From Callorhinchus milii (taxonomy: Eukaryota): a DNA stretch of 64,000 bases. A program made the position numbers and the translations under genes. Location of the stretch: positions 60,080,001 to 60,144,000 of the forward strand of contig NW_024704743.1 in assembly GCF_018977255.1 (NCBI RefSeq), given 5' to 3'. The notes below the pieces were generated by a model. That model was not told the origin of the DNA, made no database searches, and saw only the letters and a list, made by a program, of their open reading frames with translations. This document shows, piece after piece, positions 1 to 12,897 of the stretch. Every line of letters starts with the position of its first letter. Position 1 is the stretch's first letter.

Positions 1-42
1 GAGGACTGGTTTCCTTTGGAGAATTGACACTTTTGCTATCTT
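1..42 (-). CDS. PPP1R9A: Start of next neurabin-1 exon (partial, phase 1; runs off window)
   Basis: ttttgttgttgtttccag|AAGATAGC; open frame (E)DSKSVNSPKETSP compatible with the phase of the previous exon. Confidence 0.6.
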
Positions 43-902
43 CTGGAAACAACAACAAAAATTATGCAATGTAGAAGTGGTTTATATTTCAGAATAGTAA
101 TTCTTTGGTAATTTACCAACACAACAATATTATCTGCAATCATTCATTCTTGCATTTCAAGTACATGATCTGACATTTGTAGCACTTGAATTCATCATCT
201 TTCATATTTAATTTCCTCCCACAGAACTTAGGGTAATAATATGGGGGGTGGAACAAAAGTTCCTACCAGTATTATGTTGCCATGCTGCTCTTCACAGATA
301 TTGCAATAGCAATAGACTAAATACAACTGCTGTGACTCAATAGAAGCAAACGTCATTATGAATGTAGTGCATTGAGAACATTGTTTTCTAAACTTCCCAA
401 ACTGATCATTTATCATATTATAATTAGTTGTATTCTTGTTACATTCGTTAAACAAACCTATTATGGTACAGACATCTCAGGTGTAGCCCAGGGCTCTATC
501 TTCTCCTATTTCTGCTTGGTTCTCTCCTATTCACCAACTACATGCTGCTACTTGGTAAAGTCATCTGCAAATGGGGGATTAGTTTCCGTATGTATGCTGT
601 ACCTCTACTCTAACTCTACCTCTTTGGCACTACTCTAGGTTCAAAGATTGTTTTTTTTGGTCTGACAATTAGTTAATTTTAAAATAAAAAAACAAATCTA
701 ACCATTCTATTAAGTCATGGTTATCAGACAACGGTAATAAAAATTACGAGTTCATACCAAGCAGATGTGAAAGAAAGATCTACTTCATTTTAAACTCTGC
801 TGCAAAACAGACATTGAGATATTCATGAACAATTAATGTAACTGTTAACTACTATTACAATAACTAATAAAATAACATGTAGGAAGAACCCATGACTTTT
901 AC

Positions 903-1200
903 CTTGAGGACTTTTTGCTTTAAATTGTTTGTCTACTTGATGCAGTGGAGAGATTTCAGCATCCTTGCAAGATTTTGAAGGTGATGAGGTTGGGGTTTGA
1001 GAAGACTGCTCTTTTCCTCTCAAGACATGCTGGGCAGCTTCTTCCCGGCTTCCCACGGCATTATCAAACGTGAAGACTGTATTGCTAGCAACTGGAGATA
1101 ATGAAGAGGCCCCAGAATCGGACGCTGGTGAGCATGTTCTCAGTGACAATGGGAGGGGAGATCTGGCAATTTGCACGGGACTTCCATAACTGTCTGAAGC
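903..1200 (-). CDS. PPP1R9A: Neurabin-1 long-isoform Ser/Pro-rich exon (298 nt, phase 0-1)
   Basis: cttaaag|GCTTCAGAC...CCTCAAG|gtaaaa; encodes ASDSYGSPVQIARSPLPLSLRTCSPASDSGASSLSPVASNTVF...; the LRTxSPxSDSG motif matches the recalled mammalian alternative exon; in frame with ORF 823..1176. Confidence 0.85.
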
Positions 1201-1340
1201 CTTTAAGCAGTGGAGAAATAATGAAAAAAGTCAGGTGAGTTCCTGAATAATAAAGAATATCAAATATTGATATGAATGTCAGTGATAATGCTTTGAGCTT
1301 AGATGAGAAATATTACTGGCCACAGCAGGCAATTTACAGA

Positions 1341-2735
1341 AAAAACAACAAAATTACATTTACAGAGCGCCTTTCACGTTGGGAGGACGTCCCAAAGCGC
1401 TGAACAGTCAGGTGTTGGGGCCCGAGCATGGGGGAGGGTGGTGAGGGAAGGCAGAGAGGTGGGAGGGAGACCAAAGGCACAATCGAAGAGAAGGGTCTTG
1501 AGACCACCCTGAAAGAGGCAAGGGAGGAAGCGAGGCGAGGGGACCGAGGGATGGAGTTCCAGAGTGTGGGGGCAGAGAGGCTGAAAGCCCGGCCACCGAT
1601 GGTAGGGCGGGTCGGGCGGGAGACATTGAGCAGACCGGAGCCCGTTGAACGGAGGGAGGGAGTCAGCAGGTCAGAGAGGTAGGAGGGGACAAGGCCAATG
1701 CATGGCCTTAAAAGTGAGGACGAGGATCTTGAATTCGATCCTCTGAGGGATGGGGAGCCAGTAGAGTCGGGCGAGGGTGGGAGTGATGGGGTCATGGAGC
1801 CTGGTGCGTGAGAGTACACGAGCTGCAGAGTTTTGGATGATCTGCAGCTTGTGAAGGGAAGAGCTGGGAAGGCCGATGAGGAGGGAGTTCCTATAATCGA
1901 GCCTTGATGTGTCGAGTGCGTGGGTGAGGGTTTCGGCAGCCTGAGGGGTGAGGCAGTGGCGGAGTCTGGCAATGTTGCGGAGGTGGTGGTAGGCAGTGCC
2001 AGTCATGGCGCGGATGTGGGGGAGAAAGAACAATTCAGGGTCAAACAAGACATTCAGGTTCCTGACTGGCTTAGATTGAGTGTGCAGCCGTGGAGGCTGA
2101 TGCTGCCAACGCCCGAGGTGCGGAGGCGCTGGTGCGAGCCAATCAGGAAAGCTTTGGTTCAGCTGCAGAAAGTTGTCCCTCATCCAGGACTTGATGTCAG
2201 ACAGGCAGTCGGTCAGGACACCAGTAGTCCTGGAGTTGAGGGTGGAGGCAGAGAGGTAGAGTTGGGTGTCATCCACATACATGTGGAAATTTACCCCATT
2301 TCTGCAGATGATGTCACCAAGGGGGAGCGTGTAGAGGGTGAAGAGGAGGGGACCGAGGACAGAGCCCTGAGGGACACTGCACGAGATGGTGTGGGGGCTG
2401 GAGGAGAAACCGTTTGCTGCGACGAAGTGGAGGTGGTGTGAAAGGTTGGACCTGAACCAGTCAAGGACAGAACCTTGAAGGTTGAGGTGGGAGGAGAGGC
2501 GGTGGAGGAGGATTGAATGGTCCACAGTGTCAAAGGCGGCAAAGAGGTTGAGAAGGACGAGGAGGAGGAGGGAGCCCTGGTCACACATGGTCAGAATGTC
2601 GTTTGTGACCTTGACCAGAACCTGATTGGAGGGATTCATGGAGGGAGTGGGAGAAGAGGAAAGAGTGAAGCTGGGAGGCAACAGCTCTCTCAAGGACCTT
2701 GGATAGGTAAGGGAGGTTTGAGAGGGGCCGGTAAA
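1341..2735 (-). mobile_element. L2-clade LINE, 5'-truncated, decayed RT plus 3' tail
   Basis: ORF 1671..2693 has RT motifs (AAFDTVDH, VPQGSVLGP, YVDDTQLY); 3' tail GGACGTCCTCCCAACGTGAAAGGCGCT...TTGTTG. Confidence 0.92.
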
Positions 2736-3635
2736 ATCCTGTAAAATACAATATTCCTGGAAAAGGCAATGGTATTTATTGGTCCACCGTTTTTAAAACC
2801 AACTTAAATTTACCGCTTTTCAAAAAATAATTATGATTAAAATTCTTTTGTATCTGGTAATATTTGGTTGGCAAAGCAATTCTAGAATTTAAATCAACCT
2901 TCCTGAACTGCTCCAATTTCCTCAGAGAACTAATGTTCATCATAGTACAGAAATATTGGACACAATATGACACTTTGTATCTAATTTCTTAAAATCACAC
3001 ACATTTAAGTAAAATTACATTTTCTCTGTATTAAAGCTATCCCACCAGGGGCATGGAACTTTTCTGTATTTCTGCATGTATGGACAAAAAGGGAGTTAAC
3101 TTCTTTGTATAGATAGTGCCACTCCATAATGCCTTCATTTTCAGTTGAGGTGTCAAATAAGCATTGATAAACAAATTTAGATTTTAAGCACAGATTTTTC
3201 CTATAATCTTTCTTCAGTGCAACTTCAGGCGATTTGAACTTACACATTGGGAGTGGGAAGGGAGGTAAGAAACCCACAAAGCAATTTGCACCTGAAGTTG
3301 TATTTACTAAAATTGGCCACTGAGTGGCATCTAAAAGATAATAATAATAATCCTTGCATTGATATAGCGCCTTATCACATCTTCGAGACGTCTCAATGTT
3401 CACATAAAGACATTTAGTACCATATTATCTCATGCTTCCATAACACCAATCCTACAGTTTTTCTATTATAGCATCTAGCGGTTTCTGAAATCAGTACAAT
3501 ATCAAAGCCCTCAGAGATGCTGTCTGGTAAGCTGTTCCAGTCTCGCCCTGATGCCTTGACCTATCTAAATTTATTGTTTGGTACCTTACAGGCACGTGAT
3601 CAGGATCAGCAACTATGATATCAGGGTTATAACAG

Positions 3636-3924
3636 TAATAATAATAATCCTTGCATTTTATATAACGCTTTTCACATCTTCTAGATGTCTCAAAGTGCCT
3701 AACAGAATATACTGTAAAGTGAATTGACTGTATATTTGTGGGCGAAACGCAGCAGCCAATTGCGCACAGCAATGTTCCACAAACAGTCATTGATTGAGTG
3801 ACCAAATTATTATTATTATTTTCTTGAGGGAGTAAAGAAACTTGCCCAAGGTTTTGCCCTGCCGGGAATCAAACCCAGGTATCTCGCTTGTGAGGCGAGT
3901 GCTCTAACCACTGAGCTACAGGAC
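3636..3924 (-). mobile_element. tRNA-derived SINE with internal deletion
   Basis: Head GTAGCTCAGTGGTTAGAGCAC...GGTTTGATTCCCGG (A/B boxes) and tail AAATGCAAGGATTATTATT. Confidence 0.88.
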
Positions 3925-4085
3925 AGCTACAGGGTTCTTTCAAACATAATATTAATAAAGTTTTAAAATGTGGATTGAAAAATCTAACATGTTGTAAACG
4001 TGTGGACACAAGTTTCCTTTTCCTTAAGTACAGTTCAAAACTTCATACACAATATAAATACTTCTTAAAAGTTATGGTCTTTTAC

Positions 4086-4243
4086 CTTGCGCTCAAGACT
4101 GTCATCCCCATCCGTTGAACTAACACTGTCGTGCAGCCTTGACCTGGAGGGCCGATGTCTCTTCGATTTGCCTGAGAGCTGAACTCGAGCCTTCAGCACT
4201 TTGCTGTCCAGTCTTTCTGTCTCAGGCACTGCCTCATTAAAAT
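4086..4243 (-). CDS. PPP1R9A: Neurabin-1 exon (158 nt, phase 1-0)
   Basis: ttttcag|ATTTTAAT...CGCAAG|gtaaaa; encodes (D)FNEAVPETERLDSKVLKARVQLSGKSKRHRPSRSRLHDSVSSTDGDDSLERK. Confidence 0.95.
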
Positions 4244-4544
4244 CTGAAAATAAAATTGATACGTTTTTAATGTAAATGAATGTTCAATGTTCCTGTTCAA
4301 TATAAAACAAAGGTAATTGAAAATATAGAACTGTAAATCTATGTCTCATTGCAAGATAAATCAAATATTGTCATGGGATTTGGTATGGCATCAATAACCA
4401 GTCATTGTAAAAGATTAACAATAATTTAATAAATAATTAACACATGCAGCAATAACAAATTTCAGAGAGGTCAGTCTCCTAGCTGCTCCAAACTCAAAGA
4501 AACTCAGTTTTGGTCCCTAACCCCCATCCATTTTATTAGGCTGT

Positions 4545-4995
4545 GAGGTAGTTTTTTAGATGGGATTTAAAGATAGATGGAAAAGGCAAGAGAGGGATAA
4601 AGGGAAGGAGTTCCAGAGATTAGGGATGTAGTAGTTCAAGGCTCGGCCTCTGTAGGTGGCACAATGCAGCTAAGAGGTATTCGTGCGAGGCCTGAATTAG
4701 CTGAGTGGAGTAGGCTGAGTGGGATAAGAGATAGGGAGTTGAAGGGCATGAAGGGATTTATAAGTGAGGGTGAAGACTATGAAGTCGATCTGTTGGGCGG
4801 AAGAGCGGCAGTGCAGCCTCGCAAGGACTGGGGCTTTGGGCATGCAGAGTTTGGTGTGGGTGGGGATGTAGGTTGGAGGAATATTGGATTAGCTGGGGCT
4901 TATGGATGTGGAACTAGGGAGACTAGCGAGGAGGGTGTTTAGAGAGAAGCTAACATAGGTGTGAATGAGGTTTTCGGTGGCACTAAGCCATAGGA
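4545..4995 (-). mobile_element. Older L2 3' fragment
   Basis: Degenerate similarity to other L2 3' regions in the window (CTCTGGAACTCC, ATCGACTTCA). Confidence 0.65.
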
Positions 4996-7434
4996 GGAGG
5001 TTGTCATTTGTTTTCATTAGTTTTGAAGGACGTTTACTATAGGAATGTAGGTTTCAACATTCTGCAGATTAATCTTGCAAATGCAAGAAATTATGCATTT
5101 TATAAAAAGACGCAGAGTATGGAAAGGGGGCAGGTGTTCCTGTTGAGAGCTGCTTGGATATGTCTACTGGAAGAACAAGAAACTTACCAAAAACCTCATC
5201 TGCGTCGCCTGTCTTCATGGCTGATGTTTCAACACCTTCTGTAGATAATTAAAAGATAGTCGTTATCAACAAACTACTTTCCTGGCAACATATAAACATT
5301 TTATCTTTGTGAAAACAAAGTGAAACTTCCTGGATGAATAACTACTGTAATGTTGAATTCTACAATTGATTCAATTTAATCTAAACTTAGGTTACATAGA
5401 CCTACAATTGCTGCTTATTGAGTGTCTGACCCTATCCTGCATGAGGGGTGCTATATAAATGCAAGTTGTTGTTGTTGAAGTACAATATGGATCCTTGTAA
5501 TAGCTATCAGAAAAGGAGATGGCAAGCTGAAATAATCTACTTATTGTAAATATTGAGATTTTACACTATAGAGAAGTTGCCAGTGTAATCTTAGTGCATC
5601 TGAAGAGCACATATTTCTGTAGTTGATCGTCTTTCTAAGAACACAGGAAACGTCTCCTCACTATTTAACCATGCCATTTACAATCCTGCCATTTATTCCT
5701 TAGGATCTACTGAAAGACTTATGATATCCAAGAAATATATTATGCTTTGCCTGCACTTTTGTGAATCAATCATTGTGAACTCATTTTCGAATATATTTGA
5801 CAATATTTTGTTAGAAAAAGTGCATTTTGTAAGTTTAACAGATCTGAATTCCTAGTTTAATTGACTATGGAGCAATTTTGAGGATCTATCAAACAGAGCG
5901 ACTGTAGCCCCCAGGCTGCACTCACATGAATCTAAGCTTGGGAGCAAGTCTCAACACCACCTCTTGCATGATCTCCAGCTTGGCCCGTTCATGTTGCAGC
6001 CCCACCACATCCACTCCGAGCTTCCTGTGCTCACCCTGTGCTGCCTCCCTGCAGTTAGAAATTGTGGTAGATAATCTGATATGTGGATAGCAAGGCTCCA
6101 CTATCCTACAACTAGAATTTCACACCCCATTATGCACAATCATTGCCAAAGTGCACTAAAAAATACTGTACTACCATGTAAAACATCACTTCCCCCTTCA
6201 GTTTTACTAACAATCCATAGCAACATTGAGAATTAATCACTGATAATATATTAAGAAACCATTTATAAATCTGCTATCACCTACCCTTTAGCATTTTATG
6301 GACCTTGATGGCTCAAATATTTATGCTTTTATTATATATCTTTGACTTTTATCCACTCGAGCAAAGTTCAATCACTTAACACTATAGTACCTATTTATAC
6401 TTAATTACATTGCTGAGAAGTTAATCCCTTGATTACCGAGTGCAGGTGTATGATACATTTTACGTGAGCATTTCTCAAGCTCTGTTCATAAAATATTTTT
6501 AAGTATAAATTGGAATTGGCACTAAACTAAGTTACTGAAATTTCCTACACCAGATGGAAATGCTGTGATTTATTTCCACTTTTACTAATTCAATTGTAAT
6601 AAGGCGCCTTCCACCAATTTAGGAGAAATTCACTTATTCTGCATATTTGCATTTGAAATACAACCTAACCATCAATATTCCCAGAACAGAAATCATTCAA
6701 AAAATCTGCTTACAAATAAGACATAGAGTGAAATTTATTGTGTGAGATAATTTAATGTTAAAGCCTGCAATAATAATCACCATTAGTGGCAAATTAACAA
6801 TCCTAACTTCATATGAAACCTGATGATACAATGACTAGCCACAAGAATAATTGACAGGGTGTCTCTCTCTCTCTCTCTTTTACCCATCCCCAAACCCTTT
6901 CCCAAGTGCTTGCTCTGAACTTCAGATACAATCTGCTGCCATGTTGAATTTTCATATATGAAGCAGTAAGCAAGTGGTTTCTTTGGTCCTTAGGCAGTTT
7001 GGTAAGTACATATTTTTCCTTTAATAATTATTTTCTGGTTTAAATCTTAAGAGTTCTCAGAAAATTATATTTCATAATCAATGTCAGAAGAGAAGGTATG
7101 TGGGCTGTTGTCACCAAGTCACCATTCAGTATATTAAGAAGTGTTATGTGAAACTAGAAATGTTAGTTCACACTGAACACTGCTATATTCAGTGATAATA
7201 TACATTTTATATCAGTTTCTCAGAACATTTAGTATTATCCATAATACGTTGGATTTTCCTGTCCAGTACTTTACTCCTGTCAAACAATTCTTCAATGTTG
7301 TTTGATTTCATCTTATTTCTTCCTTTGAGTTTCAATCCTGTTGCCAGTTGAATAGAAGTAATAATTTAAGATAAGAACCTACAATTTGAGGCACTCATCT
7401 CAAATTTAATTTTAAAAATAAAAATCTCACACGA

Positions 7435-7563
7435 TTACTTACTGCTAGGTGAACAGAGGTGTGTGGAGTAACGAAACTTGCCCAACGTTTCGCCCTGCCA
7501 GGAATCAAACCCAGGTCTCTTACTTGCGAGGCGAGTGCTCTAACCACTGAGCTACAGGACTCC
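7435..7563 (-). mobile_element. SINE 5' head fragment
   Basis: GGAGTCCTGTAGCTCAGTGGTTAGAGCACTCGCC...TTGGGCAAGTTTC on the minus strand. Confidence 0.85.
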
Positions 7564-8059
7564 AATTTTATTGAATCAAAAAGATTGAATTTGTTCCAAA
7601 ATACAAGCCTCCCATGTTGGCCGCTTCCTGCTTAGCATTTGTCACGTTATCTTTCCAGGAAAGGCAACGTATTAGTGTTTAGCCTCAAAGGTACTGTTGG
7701 AATGGACATTGTGATGAATGATAAACACATATTCTTTCTGCTCCTGACTTAAAAATGGTGAGATGTCAACACTCATAGGAAGAATATTTCCCTCAGTAAA
7801 TTTTCAAAAGATAATGTACTCAAATACAGTACAAAATAACATTTTTTTAAAAAAAACTTTTACTGTCATGATTGTTAGAATCCAGATTTAAATTTGTTGC
7901 AGCTCTATTTATGGTTATTTTCCCTCACTTAATTTTATTGTGCCTTTCCAGTGTTTCTATAGATTATACCAACAGGTATTACTGAATCTGCAACAAATAC
8001 TGCCTGGCATGATCTGTTCCAGACTGGTCACAAACTTTAAAAATAGTCATATTTATTCA

Positions 8060-8413
8060 TTATAATAATCCTTGCATTTGATATAATGCCTTATCATGTC
8101 TTCGAGACATCTCAAAACGCTTCACAGTATATACTGTAAAGGGAATTGACTATATTTTGTGGGCGAAACGTGGTAGCCAATTGCGCACAGCAGTGTCCCA
8201 CAAACAGTCGTGGATTGAAATGACCAATTTTATTTATTTTAAGGAATTATCCCCAGAAAAGCTATCCGCTAATTGACTAACAACCAGGTTCCTACTAGGT
8301 AAACAGAGATGTGAGGGGTAAGGAAACTTTCCCAATGTTTCGCCCTGCCGGGAATCAAACTCAGGTCTCTTGCTTGCGAGGCAAATGCTCTAACCACTGA
8401 GCTACAAGTGTCC
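8060..8413 (-). mobile_element. Full-length tRNA-derived SINE
   Basis: Complete head, middle and tail; similar to 8541..8890, 30109..30478 and 55600..55967. Confidence 0.9.
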
Positions 8414-8540
8414 AATTTTATTGACCCAAAAAGATTGAATTTGTTCTGAAATATGACCTCTGTGCCATCAGAAATTGCAAAGATTCTGGATGTTAATGAT
8501 ATCCAGAAGTCTCTTTCTCTCTATGAACCTAAGTATTTGT

Positions 8541-8890
8541 GGAGTCATGTAGGTCAGTGGTTAGAGCACTCGCCTCGCAAGCGAGAAACCTGGATTCGAT
8601 TCCTGGCAGGGTGTAATGTTGGGCAAGTTTCCTTACTCCACATGCCTGTTTACCTAGCAATAAGTAGGAACCCGGCTGTTAGTCGATTGGCGGATCGCTT
8701 TTCTGCGGGTATTAATTCCTTAAAAAAAATTGGTCACTTCAATCCACGACTGTTTGTGGGACACTGCTATGTGCAATTGGCTGCCACGTTTCGCCCACAA
8801 AATATACAGTCAAATCCCTTTACAGTATATACTGTAAAGCGCTTTGAGATGTCTCAAAGACTATATCAAATGCAAGAATTATTATTATTA
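8541..8890 (+). mobile_element. Full-length tRNA-derived SINE
   Basis: GGAGTCATGTAGGTCAGTGGTTAGAGCAC...GGATTCGATTCCTGG...GCTTTGAGATGTC...ATCAAATGCAAGAATTATTATT. Confidence 0.9.
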
Positions 8891-10844
8891 TTTTTGTAAT
8901 ATTAAAAACCTTGATGTTTGATTTCATTGTTGTGCTCATATAGCCATCAGCGCTCTTTATGAAAAGGCTTTGTGAACTTCAGGTAAAAATAAACTGTTGG
9001 CCAACAACTTTTGGCTTTTTCCAGATTTAATTTTTAAAATAGTGTTTGTAAACAGAAAACAGGTTTTGCTTGTAAAACCTGGCCTGGTGATGAGCAAAGG
9101 TGTGGATAGTGAGCGCAGTACAACCCAAATCTTTAATAGACCAACGAGCATGTTGGGTACTCAAAAACAAAGAGACAAGTTCCCTTGTTTTAATAATCAA
9201 ACTCCATTTTTTAAAATCTATTCTGTGTATATATTTTAAGATTAAGACAGGTTATTACATTCATCTTTTTATCATTTATTTGGTGCTTTATTCTGTTCTT
9301 TCATTTTTAGCTCAATTTTTGTGGCTTTCTGTGACTGAAAAGAAAAATGGGAACAAAACGTTGGGTTGACATATCTAATATGCAGACATCCCCAGTGGTG
9401 GAAGCAATGTAATAGAAGAGCAAAAAGGTCACTCAAGCCTGTACTGGTTGCCACATCATTATCACTCAATCATATTTAACTTTTTTTAAATCACTGCTTG
9501 CCAGAACCTGTTCCCTGTTTAACTCTTGGTTTCAGAGGTCGGGTAACAGAACCTTTTCTTTTGCATCTACAACTGATATTTTTCAGGAACTATGTTTCAG
9601 AAGGTTTGTATTTAATTCAGCAGAATGTTAAAATTTCCATGACAGGTATGCGTCAGGACCATAACACCCAGTTGCCCACTCAGATTAGCTCCAGGTAATC
9701 TCCATCGATCATAAATCTAATGCATTTATTGCAATTTGGCAAAAAGTAAAGAAAGTTGCAACTGAGCCACAAACTAATTAAAGTCACATAAATTCACATT
9801 ACATGAGTCTTACAATGAAACTGAATAATAAAATTAGCAAAGGGAAGGGAGATGTGTGCAGCAACCACCACTGCACATTTTGCAGTTATCTTGTGAGATG
9901 GGTAAATCTTAATCTCATAGCACAATTCATTCTGCTGGATTTGTTTTACAGGTATCAGTGATGTTAACCCAAATATTGAATTACCATAGGGGATAAATAT
10001 CAGTAGGCCTATTTTTAAAGTCTTCTTTGGTGCATGAAGTTGTCAGCTCTTCAATCTTTGGGTGTTCCATGCTTCCCTTCCTTTTAAATCTTTAGATTAA
10101 CAATTGTTTTCTTTTGTTTCTCTTTACATTGCACTGAAGTTTCTTACAGTATTTATGTATTCTGAAGCTAATTCCTGGTGTTCTTTGTGTTAACATATCT
10201 ACACACGGAGATAGACAGACACACAAATAAGCTTTTTTACAGTACAGTTCAGATCCTACAAACCATATGAAATTGTACCTGCCTATAACAATCGTTTTAT
10301 TAAATCCTAAAAAAAATTATAGGGCTTATTTCTTAACGGCAATGCTGATTATCACACTATGAATTTGAAGGAATACAAAGAACATTCGGAAGCTCCTGGT
10401 ATCCTTTGAACAACAACATATTGTTTTCCATTTCTTTATAAAGCAGAAATAGTGTGGAGCTATTGTGGTTTATTTCTGTCCTGCTAATTTCTTAGGTTGT
10501 TGCCAGTTTTAGAAAGGACTGAAAGTAGCCTTTTTTAATCTTTAACCATTCAATGAAATGTATAATTTAATATTGTAGCACTGTGCTTTTTTGTTCCATA
10601 GAGGATAGTTACCAAGCTCAACACATAATTCTGGATTATAAATAACATGGCCAGAAACACCTAGGAAAACAATGTGCGTGCAGTATCATTGGAATGCTGT
10701 AGTTCCACACTTTTCAAACAAAAATAACATTAGCTATACAATCAAAATAAAGTCAGTGAACAACAATTTAATAATCACGAAACTATAAAAAATACAAAAC
10801 AAAATCAGGGTTGACTTAGGAAAAGAAAATTTTGTGTTAAGGAT

Positions 10845-11115
10845 ATTAGCTTGGCTTAAATACTAGCCCCATCATTCAAGCTCCTGGTTGGACACTAAGG
10901 AACAGTACTGGAGAAGGTTTGTATTGTCAGAGGTGCCGTCCTTCAGATGAAACGTTAAACCGAGGCATCGTCTATCTGTCCTCGGGGGGGATTCTAGAGT
11001 TTCCTTGATACTATTGAAAAACAGAAGGCCAACAGCACTCCTAATAAAATTGCCATGGTTGTTCATGGGACCTTGCTGTGTGCAAATATCGATCATGTTT
11101 CTGCACATTTACGAA
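10845..11115 (+). mobile_element. Old DeuSINE-like fragment
   Basis: GTCAGAGGTGCCGTCCTTCAGATGAAACGTTAAACCGAGG is a typical Deu-domain motif. Confidence 0.7.
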
Positions 11116-11129
11116 GTGTTTAACAGGAT

Positions 11130-11700
11130 TTCGCACCACTTATTTCTGGAGAAGTTCCCATCTTATGTTTTTCCATCATTAATTGATGGTTATCTAGATT
11201 TCTCTCTAATTTTCTCATACTGTTAATTAAAACTCTCAAAACTCTTTTTATATCAGCTCAAGAATTAACCAGGCAATGTTTTCTCTACTACCTTTTCTCC
11301 ACTCATTATGCAACTTCATGGTTATTTCACTTGCTTAACTTCCTTTAGATCACACACTCTCAGTGGACACAACCTTTGTTCCTCTTATATTCCAGTGGCT
11401 TTACCATTAAACTTTAATCTCTTTCAGTGAGATAGTAGAATCTTATTTTCAAGTGTAAAAAAAAGTTTCTTCGATTTGTTTTAATATATACACGTCTATA
11501 CAATAGCTTCCGCCTTACATATGACTGCCCCAATTTCAAGCCTTTCATATCTATCAACATTCTTGGCATCACTTTTTCCTGTAACCTCAAATACAATGCA
11601 TATTTCCATTGCTAAACCTGTTTCCAAGAAACTCCCTCTTTCTTTAAAAAAATCTTATTTTTTCCATCAGCAATTTTCAACTGTCCTTCTATCCAATATG
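11130..11700 (-). mobile_element. Old CR1 3' fragment
   Basis: Degenerate ORF2 C-terminal similarity (ORF 11414..11596 and the CR1-type 'nffsxrv' region). Confidence 0.55.
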
Positions 11701-11719
11701 TGAGAATTTCTCCACATCG

Positions 11720-12095
11720 AATAATAATCCTTGATTTTGATATAGTGCCTGTAGAGTGAAATATCTTGAAACACTTTACAGGGAGTAGTGCTGTAGAGCC
11801 TGTTTTTCATTGGAAAACATTGCAGTCAATTTGCGAACAGCCATGAACTGAATAACCAATTTATCTGGTGCATTGCCAGTCAGGAAGTAGGGAAAAACTA
11901 ATTTTTTCCCCCAAAATTGTTTGATGGGATTTTTAACATTTAACTGAACAGACAATTTAACATTTCATCTGAAGGACAGCTAATTGACAATGGACATAAC
12001 ATCAGCACTGCACTGGAATGTCAGCCTAAACTATGAGCTCAAAGTTCAGCTTGAACCCACAGCCTTTTGACCAGTGCCAACTAAGCCAAGTTGAC
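11720..12095 (-). mobile_element. Old DeuSINE-like copy
   Basis: Head GGCTTAGTTGGCAC...GGGTTCAAG, Deu motif GTCCTTCAGATGAAATGTTAAA, L2-type tail. Confidence 0.7.
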
Positions 12096-12704
12096 ATCTC
12101 TTAATTTCTCTCTTGCCTCCTATATATAAACAAAGTATTTATCATTTTACACCTTTTCAACTCACTCTCTTTAGTTAATATCAACATGCCATATTCCATA
12201 TAATCAACTGTAATTGTTTTTAACACACAAACAAACTTATACGGTTTATCTATTTTATTGGTGAGTTTAACCAGGTACAGTTCACATGGTTTATGATATC
12301 TGATCTAAATCATAGATAAATGCATAATTTGAAAGCAGCAAAGATTAAAGAGAACATTCAGGGTGAGAAATTTGTATGACATGGATGATATACACTAACA
12401 GGGGATTCAGTTTTATAGCAGCCAAAATTGTTAACTTTACAAATTTGAGGAATTTCTTGCCCTTAGCTTTAAGCTTTCAATGTAGAGACTGAAAAGTCCC
12501 TATTTTAGAGGTAATTTCATGTCTAATGCAGGAATATAATTGTACAACTGGAAAATTATCCTCACTTTATATTCTAGCTCTGTTGCTACTAATAATCTTA
12601 AGTGGACCCTGAAAAGTAATGGGCAATCTGACCAACTTCAATCAGCTTAGGAAAGGAATAAATAAGTGAAAAACAATCAATTTATATCAGACCCCTCCCC
12701 CCAC

Positions 12705-12897
12705 CTTGAACCGAACCATCTAGGTAAGTCTGCTGCATTCTCGGCAAGCCATCGATTGCTTCAGACGGGGCTCCTCTCTTTGTATCCACGAAGGATGATC
12801 TCCTGTCCTGCTCCCCTCCAAAGATGTTGTTGTTGTTATTCATCTGAGTCCCATTAGTCCTAGTTAGTTTTTGGAGTTCAATTTCCAGTTCTGCAAC
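12705..12897 (-). CDS. PPP1R9A: Neurabin-1 exon (193 nt, phase 0-1)
   Basis: tttttctag|GTTGCA...GTTCAAG|gtgggg; encodes VAELEIELQKLTRTNGTQMNNNNNIFGGEQDRRSSFVDTKRGAPSEAIDGLPRMQQTYLDGSVQ. Confidence 0.9.

Noticed and set aside
1671..2693. RT-like ORFs (also 28500-29393, 35356-36198, 57679-58374, 46062-46888) as functional genes or a retron-like system
   Set aside because: They are 5'-truncated, frameshifted L2/CR1 remnants with standard LINE tails
7704..7768. Box C/D snoRNA-like (GTGATGA...CTGA with short terminal stem); similar at 18806-18829
   Set aside because: Antisense to the host gene, terminal D box imperfect or spacing too short, no recognisable guide
8541..8615. tRNA gene
   Set aside because: The tRNA-like sequence is a SINE head; it has no intact acceptor stem and continues into the SINE body
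9250..9716. Alternative terminal exon (tag|ATTTATGA, immediate stop, AATAAA downstream)
   Set aside because: Weak polypyrimidine tract and no homology support
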